Source: an uncultured Pirellulales bacterium (GTDB lineage Bacteria > Planctomycetota > Phycisphaerae > Sedimentisphaerales > Anaerobacaceae). From it: 11,350 nucleotides of DNA. The translations under genes were made by a program, and so were the position numbers. This document shows, one piece after another, positions 1 to 8,286 of the stretch; positions within the stretch are counted from its first letter, which is position 1; each line of letters begins with the position of its first letter. Below the pieces are notes generated by a model that ran no database searches, was not told where the DNA came from, and was given only the letters and a program-made list of their open reading frames with translations. The stretch spans positions 1 through 11,350 of the forward strand of contig CAZVUF010000070.1 in assembly GCA_964629355.1 (NCBI GenBank), written 5' to 3'.

Positions 1-196
1 GAACAAGGTCTGCATAGCCGGCGTTTGTGAGAATAATTATGTTTCTGGCGTCAAAAATCGGTGAGAGGCGTTCAAAACATCGACCAAGAAGTGTTTGCCC
101 GTCAAGGAGTTTTAAAACCTGTTTGGGGCGTTTTTCCCGGCTGAGAGGCCATAATCTTTTGCCCATCCCCCCTGCCATTATAACCGCATAATTCAT
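1..196 (-). CDS. manC: Mannose-1-phosphate guanylyltransferase (GDP-mannose pyrophosphorylase), N-terminal fragment; the gene continues past the left window edge
   Basis: The reverse complement of 1-196 reads without a stop as MNYAVIMAGGMGKRLWPLSREKRPKQVLKLLDGQTLLGRCFERLSPIFDARNIIILTNAGYADLV. The AGGxGxRLWPLSR...PKQ motif is the typical N-terminus of mannose-1-phosphate guanylyltransferases, a sugar-nucleotidyltransferase fold. The ATG is at 194-196 with a GAGGGAA Shine-Dalgarno about 9 nt upstream (rc of 206-212). The ORF track does not list it because it is truncated at the window edge. Confidence 0.7.
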   Translation of the reverse strand, partial: MNYAVIMAGGMGKRLWPLSREKRPKQVLKLLDGQTLLGRCFERLSPIFDARNIIILTNAGYADLV

Positions 197-239
197 TAAC
201 TGATTCCCTCAAATATTGACAATATAGTATTAGAAAGTA

Positions 240-1673
240 TCAGACTAAGTATTCTTCGTCAACTTTGGTTGTGGTTTTAATTTCCTGTGCGAACTGTTCA
301 TATGTCATTTCAACACGTTCACAATAGCCAGTTTTACCCATCAGAGCAAACGTGGCTTCTTTACCTAATTCAACAGCAGGCTGGTCGTATGGATTGATTC
401 CAAACAAAGCCCCTGCCAAGGAAGTAGTTACTTCGTACAAATAAATAAACTGCCCTACCGTATATTCATTTACTCCAGGGAAAATAATAGTCAGACAGGG
501 GCGCTTACTCTGCAACAGGGCATACTCAGTAGCCCTTTTCTCATTGTTTAGTAATATACTTAATTTTTTGCCGGCAAGATAATTGAGTTCAGGAGCACAA
601 TCAGGAGCCGGGCCAATTTTAACGTCTTTGTCAAAATTATTGACCTGTAAAAATGTGAAAAGTTTATCGTTAGGTCCTTCACGATACAATTGTATCTGGC
701 TGTGCTGGTCCGTAACTCCCAAAGCCTTAACAGGTGTCGGACCAATATGGACTTCATTACCTTTCAGGTCTTCTGCCTTTCCAAGACTTTCGGCCCAGAG
801 TTGTCTATACCAATCGGCTAAGTCCTTGAGGTGATAGCTATACGGCATCATTACGGAAATCTTTTTGCCGTGGTTATAATAGTGGTAATTTATCGCTGCA
901 TTAATTGCTGCTGGATTGCTGTAAAAATCTTCATTACTAACTCTGGTGTCCATATCTATGGCGCCGGCTAAAAGTAGGTCGATGTCAATTCCACACATAG
1001 CAGCACTGAATAGGCCGACCGCACTTAAAACACTAAATCTACCACCAACACCATCAGGAACTTCAAGATTTCTAAAGCCAAGATCGCGTGTGATTTCATG
1101 TAGGGTACCTTTTCCGGCGTCTGTCGTTGTCACTATCTGATTTCTTAGACCATTAGCTCCGAGTCTATCTAAAAGCATTTCACGAATGATTAAAAATTGA
1201 GCCGCGGTTTCAGAAGTTTGGCCGGATTTACTGATTACATTAAAAGTAGTCCTGTCAAGTTTATCACCAATCCAATCCAGAAAGGAAGAGAACTGGACAG
1301 GGTCAACGTTGTCGAAAACAAACAAACGAGGGCCTCGGCATTGTCGGTTATCTATATTATAAAGATATGGATTTAGAGCGGTTTGTAATGCTATATTACC
1401 CAAGGCTGAGCCGCCGATGCCGAGCACAACGAGATTTTCGCAATTGTCTTTTATTTCTGCGGTTAATTTTTTTACTTGCTGAGAAATTTCAGTCTTGAAA
1501 GGAAGATCTCGATAAGGTGTTTTTCCCTCTTTTCTTTCTTTGTTTAACTGTGAAATTAAAGGCTTGGTTTTTTTAGCAAGGTCTTCGAGCTGCATTTCTG
1601 TTATTTTGTGTCCTTCACCCAGCTCATCGATAGTCACGTTCTTGTAGTAAAGATTTATTTGAGGTTTTGCCAT
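240..1673 (-). CDS. pgi: Glucose-6-phosphate isomerase (phosphoglucose isomerase), short Bacillus-type, 477 aa
   Basis: The translation has PGI/SIS-domain hallmarks: VLGIGGSALG, SKSGQTSETA, and overall PGI-like length and layout. ATG at 1671-1673 is preceded by an AAGGA Shine-Dalgarno (rc of 1681-1687). The stop is TGA at 240-242. Confidence 0.9.
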   Translation of the reverse strand: MAKPQINLYYKNVTIDELGEGHKITEMQLEDLAKKTKPLISQLNKERKEGKTPYRDLPFKTEISQQVKKLTAEIKDNCENLVVLGIGGSALGNIALQTALNPYLYNIDNRQCRGPRLFVFDNVDPVQFSSFLDWIGDKLDRTTFNVISKSGQTSETAAQFLIIREMLLDRLGANGLRNQIVTTTDAGKGTLHEITRDLGFRNLEVPDGVGGRFSVLSAVGLFSAAMCGIDIDLLLAGAIDMDTRVSNEDFYSNPAAINAAINYHYYNHGKKISVMMPYSYHLKDLADWYRQLWAESLGKAEDLKGNEVHIGPTPVKALGVTDQHSQIQLYREGPNDKLFTFLQVNNFDKDVKIGPAPDCAPELNYLAGKKLSILLNNEKRATEYALLQSKRPCLTIIFPGVNEYTVGQFIYLYEVTTSLAGALFGINPYDQPAVELGKEATFALMGKTGYCERVEMTYEQFAQEIKTTTKVDEEYLV

Positions 1674-1688
1674 ATTATTGATTCCTTC

Positions 1689-3848
1689 TTATATTATCGA
1701 AAGGTTGGCGTATTTTACCATCAGTGACTTTGTCTGACCATTACCAAATTTAACTACAACCACGCTGTTCTCACCCATATCAATAAATTCCTGAACCCTG
1801 CCCTTTCCGAAAGTCTTGTGCCGTACAAGATTACCTGCAGAAAAAGCCCGCATAGAATTATGGATTCCCGCCTGCGCGTCAATGACAGGGTGCAACGAGG
1901 AATGGGAGCTATCAGATTCAGAGAAATCGATTCCAAGTTCAAAAAGAAACGGCGATGGAATCGTTCGCAGCATTTGTCCTCGTATAGTTCGGTACCGCGC
2001 AGAGCTGACATGCAAGCCTACCTTGGCGCGGGTTATGCCAACGAAAAAAAGTCGCCGTTCTTCTTCCAAATCGTCCTTGTCATCTTTTTTGTTTAATCTT
2101 TCGTGCGGCAATAAACCCTCCTCCAGGCCGACGATAAAAACATTCTCAAATTCCAGCCCCTTTGCAGCATGTAAAGTCATCAGAGCAACACGTTCGCTGC
2201 TGGTATCATAAGCATCGACATCACTAAAAAGCGAAATCTGCTGAAGATAATCTAATAGGAGCAGTTCGTGGACCGACCCAACTATTTGTTCATCATATTG
2301 AGCGGCGCCGCTTATGAGTTCGTTGATGTTTTCCAGTGCACTTTCGACTTCAACGCCAGCAGCTTGGAGGGACTCAGCCAGTCCAGATTCGACAAAGACA
2401 CGTTGTATGAGCGGTGCGACTTTACCGGTCAAATCTATCCTGAATCGCTCTATCATATTGACAAAAGCAGCGAGTTTGGCTTTTGCGGCATTAGACAGAG
2501 AATCAATATCCTCTGCGCGTTTTAAGGCCTCAAAAAGGGTAACATTATTGCGAGCGGCATAAGCACGGACTTTATCTATCGTAGTTTTTCCGATGCCACG
2601 AGAAGGAGTATTTATGATGCGTAGTAATGCAATCTCATCGTCGGGGTTGACAAGGATTTTCAGATAAGCAAGCACATCTTTGATTTCCTTTCTGTGATAG
2701 AATTCAACGCCCCGCACAATTTGATAAGGTATTTCATTTTGTATAAACGCCTCTTCAAGCACTCGGCTCATGGCGTTAATACGATAGAATACTGCTATAT
2801 CTTTTAGAGATGCGCCTTCGTCAACTAACTGCTTTACCTGCTGAGCAATAGCCTGTGCTTCTTCTTTTTCGTCCTCGAAGCAGCTTATGACAACCTTAGC
2901 AACTGGAGGCCTTATGGGAATGAGTGTCTTGGGTTTCCTATTCTGATTATTTACAATCAACTTATCAGCTATTTTAAGTATTTCAGGTCTGCTACGAAAA
3001 TTTTCCTCAAGTTTCACTATGATAGCATCAGGCCAGTCTTTCTCAAAGTCCAATATATTACGAATGTCTGCTCCACGCCAACGGTAGATGGACTGGTCGG
3101 GGTCGCCGGCTGCACAAATATTATTATGCTGTGATGCGAGAGCTTTGGCTATTTTATACTGGGCGTGATTGGTGTCCTGATATTCATCGATGAGCAGGAA
3201 CTTGAAACGATTTCCAAGCTCGCTGCAAACATCAGGAAAATTCTGAAGCAAAAAAGCAGTTTTCATCAACAAATCATCAAAATCCAGTGCATTGTGCTCA
3301 GCCAGGATTCGCTGGTAGTATGCATATATTTTCGCTATTGTTTCAGTCCTAAAATTGTCCGCCTGAGCCTTGAAAAAATCCACGTCCATAAGATTGTTCT
3401 TTAGCTTGGAGATATGTTCGAGCACTCGAGCAGGTGGGAAATTAGTCGCGTCAAGTTCACAATCCTTAACAGCCTGTTTAATGCACCTGCTCTGGTCGGA
3501 CTCGTCATAAATACTAAAGCTTGGTTTTATGCCCGCTCTATCAGCGTACTGACGAAGGATTCTGACGCATAAAGAGTGAAAGGTGCTGATATGTGCACCT
3601 GCAGAAGCGCCAAGCGCAATAGCTCTCTGTTTCATCTCATTGGCAGCTTTGTTGGTGAAAGTTATTGCGCAAATGTTATATGGCTTAATACCTGAATCTA
3701 TAAGGGCTGCGATTCGATATGTAATGACACGGGTTTTGCCGCTGCCGGGTCCTGCAATAACAAGCAAAGGACCTTCGGTGTGGAAGACAGCCTTTTGTTG
3801 CGAGGGTGTAAGTTCTTGTGAAAAGGTATTGCGCATGAAAGATACCAT
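1689..3848 (-). CDS. pcrA: ATP-dependent DNA helicase, PcrA/UvrD/Rep superfamily 1A
   Basis: SF1 helicase motifs are present: Walker A AGPGSGKT, DEYQDTN, GDPDQSIYRWRGA, LEENFRS, TLHAAKGLEFENVFIVG and VGITRAK. The C-terminus (HKTFGKGRV...VVVKFGNGQTKSL) resembles the PcrA/UvrD C-terminal Tudor-like domain. The longest ORF starts with GTG at 3875, overlapping the upstream stop. I prefer ATG at 3846-3848 (MVSFMRNTF...) because an AGGCGGTG Shine-Dalgarno lies 5 nt upstream. ATG at 3836 is also possible. The stop is TAA at 1689-1691. Confidence 0.88.
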   Translation of the reverse strand: MVSFMRNTFSQELTPSQQKAVFHTEGPLLVIAGPGSGKTRVITYRIAALIDSGIKPYNICAITFTNKAANEMKQRAIALGASAGAHISTFHSLCVRILRQYADRAGIKPSFSIYDESDQSRCIKQAVKDCELDATNFPPARVLEHISKLKNNLMDVDFFKAQADNFRTETIAKIYAYYQRILAEHNALDFDDLLMKTAFLLQNFPDVCSELGNRFKFLLIDEYQDTNHAQYKIAKALASQHNNICAAGDPDQSIYRWRGADIRNILDFEKDWPDAIIVKLEENFRSRPEILKIADKLIVNNQNRKPKTLIPIRPPVAKVVISCFEDEKEEAQAIAQQVKQLVDEGASLKDIAVFYRINAMSRVLEEAFIQNEIPYQIVRGVEFYHRKEIKDVLAYLKILVNPDDEIALLRIINTPSRGIGKTTIDKVRAYAARNNVTLFEALKRAEDIDSLSNAAKAKLAAFVNMIERFRIDLTGKVAPLIQRVFVESGLAESLQAAGVEVESALENINELISGAAQYDEQIVGSVHELLLLDYLQQISLFSDVDAYDTSSERVALMTLHAAKGLEFENVFIVGLEEGLLPHERLNKKDDKDDLEEERRLFFVGITRAKVGLHVSSARYRTIRGQMLRTIPSPFLFELGIDFSESDSSHSSLHPVIDAQAGIHNSMRAFSAGNLVRHKTFGKGRVQEFIDMGENSVVVVKFGNGQTKSLMVKYANLSII

Positions 3849-3871
3849 ACAAACACCGCCTAAAAGCGGAT

Positions 3872-5656
3872 TCACTCTGCCATTTCTGCTTTTTTCCGTA
3901 GTTGTTCTACATACTGTTCGAATTCTCTATAAAGCTCGGGTCTTTCGATTTTTATACGGCCGAGTAAATTTAGTCTTAAGTTAGGCGGATACTGTTCGTC
4001 ATTGAGAAAATCCAGAAGTGCAAGGTATCTTAATACAGGTAACTTGGCAAGGTCAACTCTATATTCATCAGGATATTCTTGCTGGTAACGCTCCCAAACT
4101 TCCTGGGCTAATTTTTCACTGCCGGATGCAGCATCGTCATCCCGTAACGCATATCTGAAGTAGCTTTCCCGAAGAAGTGCTACTATCTGTTCCTGGGCAT
4201 CAAATATACCAAGGCCTTCAAGCTCTTCGCGGAAACGATTCCTGGCGAAAACAGCCAGAGGAACTTTGAATTCCTCAAGAGGATAGAGTTTTCTCAATTG
4301 GCTATAGATTTTTTGTGCCTCAGATATATGGCCTGTCTGATAGAATAAAAAAATGGCATTTTTGAGCATATTCCGATGGCCGTCCTGTAATGATTTATAG
4401 GAGCCTTCATCGTCTGGCCTTTTGTGTTTTTCGAGCACTGCCAGCATAGCCTCGTTGTATGGCTGAAACATTCTCAAATCCGGCCGAAGATATATCGTCT
4501 TTTCTACTCGTTGCTCTGCTTGTTCAGAGGAATCCTCCGATGTTACAATCGGTACATCATAAAGGAATATTTTCCCATAGCGGAAAAGATTTTGCAGACT
4601 ATGTACGACAATGCGGTCTGTATTAGTCTCCACTATAGAGATTTCTCGGTTTTCTTCCTTGGCCACTTCTTTTAGACCTTTGACGCCCCAGTAGATGGCA
4701 TGACTGTCGGGGTGTCGCCAATCCAAAGGTAAGTGTTTATTGGGGTCGCTAAAGTCAATGGGGCCGTATGTTTTATTCAACTGTTGCATTAAAACCGGAT
4801 CGAGCTTCAAGGTGTTGCGTAAGTAGTATGCCTTGGCAAAAATATCAAACTTTTCAAGGGCCGGTGTTCCTCTGAATTTATCTATTGTTTCAATTGCCGA
4901 AGGTTTGAAGCGTTTGGGATTTTGCCTTAAGGCTAAGTAATTATCCACAAATTTGCCGGCATCAGCATCAGTAAATACATCTTCAGCGGCTCTAAGAGCT
5001 GCAATTAACTCGGCTACGTCTTTGTTCTCTATGATTTGCTGCCATTTAGTTGGGGTCTTAGTAAGTGCCTCGAAATACTCATTATCTGCAGGGCCGAGCA
5101 GCGGCTCCATAGTCAGAGCTAATTGCACTTTATAATATTTATGAGCATCATCTGTTACGCCGCCTATTTTGTGCTGAAATATTCTGGCAAGCTCGCGATA
5201 TAGCTCGATACTCTTGGGATTTAGTGAGATACCCTGGTCTCGAAGCAATTCATAGCCGTTTTTGACCCAGCGCCATCGCTGGTCCGGCTGAGTGGCGGGT
5301 ATAGCCACAGAAATATTATAGGCCATGTTCCAGGCTTGGAACTCCCAGACCGCTGCGAAGCGAGGCTGTAAAATGGTTATCCACTCAGCAAGCTGTCGAG
5401 CGTCGAAGAACTGACCTTGTTCTTTCAAGTTATCCGCTCTTATCCACAGTGCATCTACGACGAGGCCGCGAAAAGCCCCCATAGCAACAGTTGCAAAAGC
5501 CAAAGAAGGTGGAGCATTTTCCAAAGGCTCATTAATTATCAGCTTCATTTCCGCTCGTTGGGAGTTTATATAATCTAAGCGCATGCCGGCGATGGTAAGC
5601 AAAACAACCGCAAGAACGATGCAAACGAACAGAACTATTGCGTCATGTAAACGCAT
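3872..5656 (-). CDS. Hypothetical protein, 594 aa, with one N-terminal transmembrane helix; no recognisable family; third gene of the ABC module
   Basis: This is a long uninterrupted ORF with consistent codon usage. ATG at 5654-5656 has a GGAAGG Shine-Dalgarno about 13 nt upstream. Residues 5-25 (AIVLFVCIVLAVVLLTIAGM) form a single hydrophobic helix. The rest is K/E/L/R-rich and predicted helical, with no catalytic motifs I recognise. The stop TGA at 3872-3874 overlaps the GTG at 3873-3875 of the helicase ORF. Confidence 0.75.
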   Translation of the reverse strand: MRLHDAIVLFVCIVLAVVLLTIAGMRLDYINSQRAEMKLIINEPLENAPPSLAFATVAMGAFRGLVVDALWIRADNLKEQGQFFDARQLAEWITILQPRFAAVWEFQAWNMAYNISVAIPATQPDQRWRWVKNGYELLRDQGISLNPKSIELYRELARIFQHKIGGVTDDAHKYYKVQLALTMEPLLGPADNEYFEALTKTPTKWQQIIENKDVAELIAALRAAEDVFTDADAGKFVDNYLALRQNPKRFKPSAIETIDKFRGTPALEKFDIFAKAYYLRNTLKLDPVLMQQLNKTYGPIDFSDPNKHLPLDWRHPDSHAIYWGVKGLKEVAKEENREISIVETNTDRIVVHSLQNLFRYGKIFLYDVPIVTSEDSSEQAEQRVEKTIYLRPDLRMFQPYNEAMLAVLEKHKRPDDEGSYKSLQDGHRNMLKNAIFLFYQTGHISEAQKIYSQLRKLYPLEEFKVPLAVFARNRFREELEGLGIFDAQEQIVALLRESYFRYALRDDDAASGSEKLAQEVWERYQQEYPDEYRVDLAKLPVLRYLALLDFLNDEQYPPNLRLNLLGRIKIERPELYREFEQYVEQLRKKAEMAE

Positions 5657-5675
5657 AAAATCGACAAACCTTCCG

Positions 5676-7040
5676 CTATATTATAATCTTCGCGATTTCC
5701 TTGAAACTGAAAATCAGTAGCGCTATGAGCAAAAGTAATAATGATTTAATAAAAACCATAATGACGGCGGCTTTAGCCACTAAAATCCAGCTTATGAACT
5801 GTGCCGGTACCAGGAATTTTGTAGGATTAAATTTATCAAATTGCGGCAGGAGCTGAATGACAGGCTTAATAGTGTAAGAATAGACACCACTTAAATTTTG
5901 GCCGAGAAAGTTGAACGATTCGATAACAAAATTGCTGAAGGTAGCAGTAAAGAAAATCACAAGACAAAATAGTATTGCCACCGGAAAAGATAGAAAACTC
6001 GATCCTAATATTCCTAAGCAGGCGAGAAAGATCAAACGAAATAAAATCAGAAGTACAGCTCTAATAAAATTGCCACTGAAGGTATCCGCCTTATAGAGCA
6101 CTTCCAGGCCGTCTTCAAGTGGAAAAATAACAACCGTATTGTTTAAGGGGTGGTTTACAAATGCTACACACAGGCGGCCGTTGGCTGGAACCACACTCGC
6201 AGGAACTTCTATTTCATGAGTTGTTCGAATAGAATATTTGTGGACCTCATCATAGATTGGGGTGTCGATCTTCTCGCCATATCGAATGTATTGATAGTCC
6301 CCAACTATCCACCTGCCGATAATTTGCGAATCGGGAGGAGTTACTGCAACGTCATATTTGAATTTTATGAACAAGCTATCATTAGGGTCAAGGGGCTTAA
6401 CATCAGTAAACACCAGTGGTAACATATAACCCGGAGAAACAGCACGCCTTTCGAGTTTTCTTACACTGGTAAGCTGGGAGATAATCTCGCTATAAGACAT
6501 ATCTTCAGGTAACTGGTTAGCGTCCTTGAGCCTGTGGTAGACTTCCTTGACCTCTTTGCTGACATCGAGTTCCGGCGGGGTTATGCTGGCCCTTGCGGTA
6601 TAAAACTCGTTTTTAACAACGGCACGTTCAGTTTCTGTTGGATTATAAAACCTGGGCATGAAAACAGTGATGCTATATATTATGGCCGAAAAGAGAACGA
6701 GCAACATTACATTCAATAATATTACGCCGAGCAGCTTACCTACAAGCAGTTGATAACGTCGTATAGGCTTGGTAATAACGGTATATATCTGTCTCTGTTT
6801 TAAATCACTTGTTATCGAATACACCGAAACTATTATGGTAAGCAGACAAAGCAAAATACTTGTTAGTGACAAACCATAGCTGACGAATGTCTGGAGCCTG
6901 CCCTTCAATGTGCCGTCGCCGGTCATTGAAACACCCATAACTGGAAGCAGGATAAGCAGCAAAATGACAAAAGCGGCGGCAATTTTCATCCGCAGGGCTT
7001 GCCTTATAGTATTTATAGCAACAGCCCAGATGCTACGCAT
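5676..7040 (-). CDS. ABC-2 type transporter permease with a roughly 200-aa extracytoplasmic domain inserted between TM3 and TM4
   Basis: There are six hydrophobic helices: three N-terminal (about residues 38-57, 70-95 and 115-145 of the long ORF) and three C-terminal (about 347-372, 375-396 and 438-468). A beta-rich soluble domain sits between TM3 and TM4. The gene lies immediately downstream of, and overlaps, the ABC ATPase gene. The preferred start is ATG at 7038-7040 (MRSIWAV...), with AGGAG 9 nt upstream, overlapping the ATPase stop by 8 nt. The longest ORF starts at 7094. Confidence 0.8.
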   Translation of the reverse strand: MRSIWAVAINTIRQALRMKIAAAFVILLLILLPVMGVSMTGDGTLKGRLQTFVSYGLSLTSILLCLLTIIVSVYSITSDLKQRQIYTVITKPIRRYQLLVGKLLGVILLNVMLLVLFSAIIYSITVFMPRFYNPTETERAVVKNEFYTARASITPPELDVSKEVKEVYHRLKDANQLPEDMSYSEIISQLTSVRKLERRAVSPGYMLPLVFTDVKPLDPNDSLFIKFKYDVAVTPPDSQIIGRWIVGDYQYIRYGEKIDTPIYDEVHKYSIRTTHEIEVPASVVPANGRLCVAFVNHPLNNTVVIFPLEDGLEVLYKADTFSGNFIRAVLLILFRLIFLACLGILGSSFLSFPVAILFCLVIFFTATFSNFVIESFNFLGQNLSGVYSYTIKPVIQLLPQFDKFNPTKFLVPAQFISWILVAKAAVIMVFIKSLLLLLIALLIFSFKEIAKIII

Positions 7041-8286
7041 CGCTTGCATCTCCTGTATTAGATTTATTTCTCTCGCTTTGCTCTCTATGCTCATCCTGCT
7101 CGACAGAGCGCCTTGTTAGCTGGTCTAAAATGCTTTTTTTGATGTGCTCCTTTTCAGAGGTTTTAGGTTGGACCGGCTCAGTTTTTACTTTCTCATTCTG
7201 AGTGACCGGTTTAGGTGGAGTTGGTTCAGTAGATTCAGTTAATCTGCTCAACAACTCTTTATCAGGCTTGGACCCAGAGATTTGAGTGGGTACGACATAC
7301 TTGGTTTTTGTAGCGTCCGCTGGAGTTTCTTTTGATACCTTTGCGGAGACAAGCTTATCAAGAATACTATCTTTGGAGGCTGTCGATGTGAGAAAATCAC
7401 CGATATGGGTTGTGCTTACTGCGCCGCTTGTAGGCTGGGCCTGCTCCTGAGCGGTTACAACAGTTTTAATGAAGAATGATTCGAGTTTTTCCATCGGAGA
7501 AGTGACTTCATATTGAGCGTTTTCGGCCTGAAGCACCTGCTTGATTTTTTCAACTACAGTATCGCTTAAGGCATTGGTTGTGAACTGTTTTTTATCAGTT
7601 TGCAGCAGAAGGTCTTTGACCTTACCCTCAGCCTGAATTTTGCCGCCATATAAAATAGCGATTCTGTCGCATACGTCTTCAACATCTGCAAGTAGGTGGC
7701 TGCAAAGCAAAATTGTTTTGCCCCGTTCAGCGAGCTTAAGGATTAAATCTTTTATCTGCCTGGTTCCGATGGGGTCGAGTCCGGTGGTCGGCTCATCCAA
7801 TATTAAAAGGTCGGGGTCGTTTATCAATGCCTGTGCCAGGCCAATCCTGCGTGCCATACCTTTCGAAAATGTTCCCACGGGCCTGTTTGCGACCGCCTTT
7901 AGACCAACCATATCAAGAAGCGATTCTATGCGCATTTTTCTCACTTTTGCAGGCAGGTCAAACAGCCTTCCGTAGAAGTCCAATGTCTCGCGTGCGGTCA
8001 GATATCTATACAAATAGGATTCTTCCGGTAAAAAACCGATTTTTGCGTTGACCTTTGGGTCGGCCCCATCTCCACCGAGGACAATAGATTTTCCTTTTGT
8101 CGGATGAAGCAAGCCCAGTAATAGTTTTAATGTGGTCGTTTTTCCTGAACCGTTCGGACCCAATAAGCCGAATATCTCGTTGTATCGAATCTGCAAATTC
8201 AGATTGTCAACGGCAATAACCTTGTCCCGTCCCCACCAATCAGAAAAAACCTTGGTCAAAGAGATTGTTTCAATAGCGTGTTCCAT
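7033..8286 (-). CDS. ABC transporter ATP-binding protein (ABC-2/CcmA-NatA-like) with a roughly 160-aa low-complexity C-terminal extension
   Basis: The ABC motifs are all present: Walker A GPNGSGKTT, Q-loop, ABC-2-type signature FSKGMARRIGLAQAL, Walker B LLILDEPTTGLD and H-loop CSHLL. After about residue 255 the sequence becomes K/T/E/P/S/Q-rich (KETPADATKTKYVVPTQISGSKPDKELL...EPTPPKPVTQNEKVKTEPVQPKTSEKEH...) with no globular-looking motifs. ATG is at 8284-8286 and the stop TAG at 7033-7035. Confidence 0.88.
   Translation of the reverse strand: MEHAIETISLTKVFSDWWGRDKVIAVDNLNLQIRYNEIFGLLGPNGSGKTTTLKLLLGLLHPTKGKSIVLGGDGADPKVNAKIGFLPEESYLYRYLTARETLDFYGRLFDLPAKVRKMRIESLLDMVGLKAVANRPVGTFSKGMARRIGLAQALINDPDLLILDEPTTGLDPIGTRQIKDLILKLAERGKTILLCSHLLADVEDVCDRIAILYGGKIQAEGKVKDLLLQTDKKQFTTNALSDTVVEKIKQVLQAENAQYEVTSPMEKLESFFIKTVVTAQEQAQPTSGAVSTTHIGDFLTSTASKDSILDKLVSAKVSKETPADATKTKYVVPTQISGSKPDKELLSRLTESTEPTPPKPVTQNEKVKTEPVQPKTSEKEHIKKSILDQLTRRSVEQDEHREQSERNKSNTGDASDA

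Noticed and set aside
560-1140. Short ORFs inside pgi at 560-757(-), 583-834(+) and 946-1140(+)
   Set aside because: They lie entirely within, and out of frame with or antisense to, a well-supported pgi CDS. Their translations are low-complexity with no motifs. They are typical shadow ORFs.
1689-3875. Considered whether the UvrD-like helicase is part of a defence system (Gabija GajB-like, Hachiman-like)
   Set aside because: It has the full housekeeping PcrA/UvrD architecture, including the C-terminal Tudor-like domain. It has no partner nuclease or ATPase gene, and it sits among core metabolic genes.
1754-3984. Several 79-133-aa ORFs antisense to, or out of frame within, the helicase gene (for example 1816-2211+, 2268-2525+, 3583-3984+)
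   Set aside because: They overlap the strongly motif-supported pcrA frame. They have no Shine-Dalgarno or start context and no recognisable protein features. They are spurious.
3872-5656. Considered calling the 594-aa protein a GldG-like gliding-motility ABC accessory protein
   Set aside because: GldG-type proteins have both N- and C-terminal TM anchors. This protein has only an N-terminal helix and ends in a charged helical tail. I see no sequence blocks I can match to it, so I left it as hypothetical.
7640-8051. ORFs 7640-7975(+) and 7827-8051(+), which are Pro/Ser/Arg-rich
   Set aside because: They lie on the strand opposite the nucleotide-binding-domain-coding part of the ABC ATPase gene, and their composition mirrors that of the sense strand. 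They are an artefact, not a gene.
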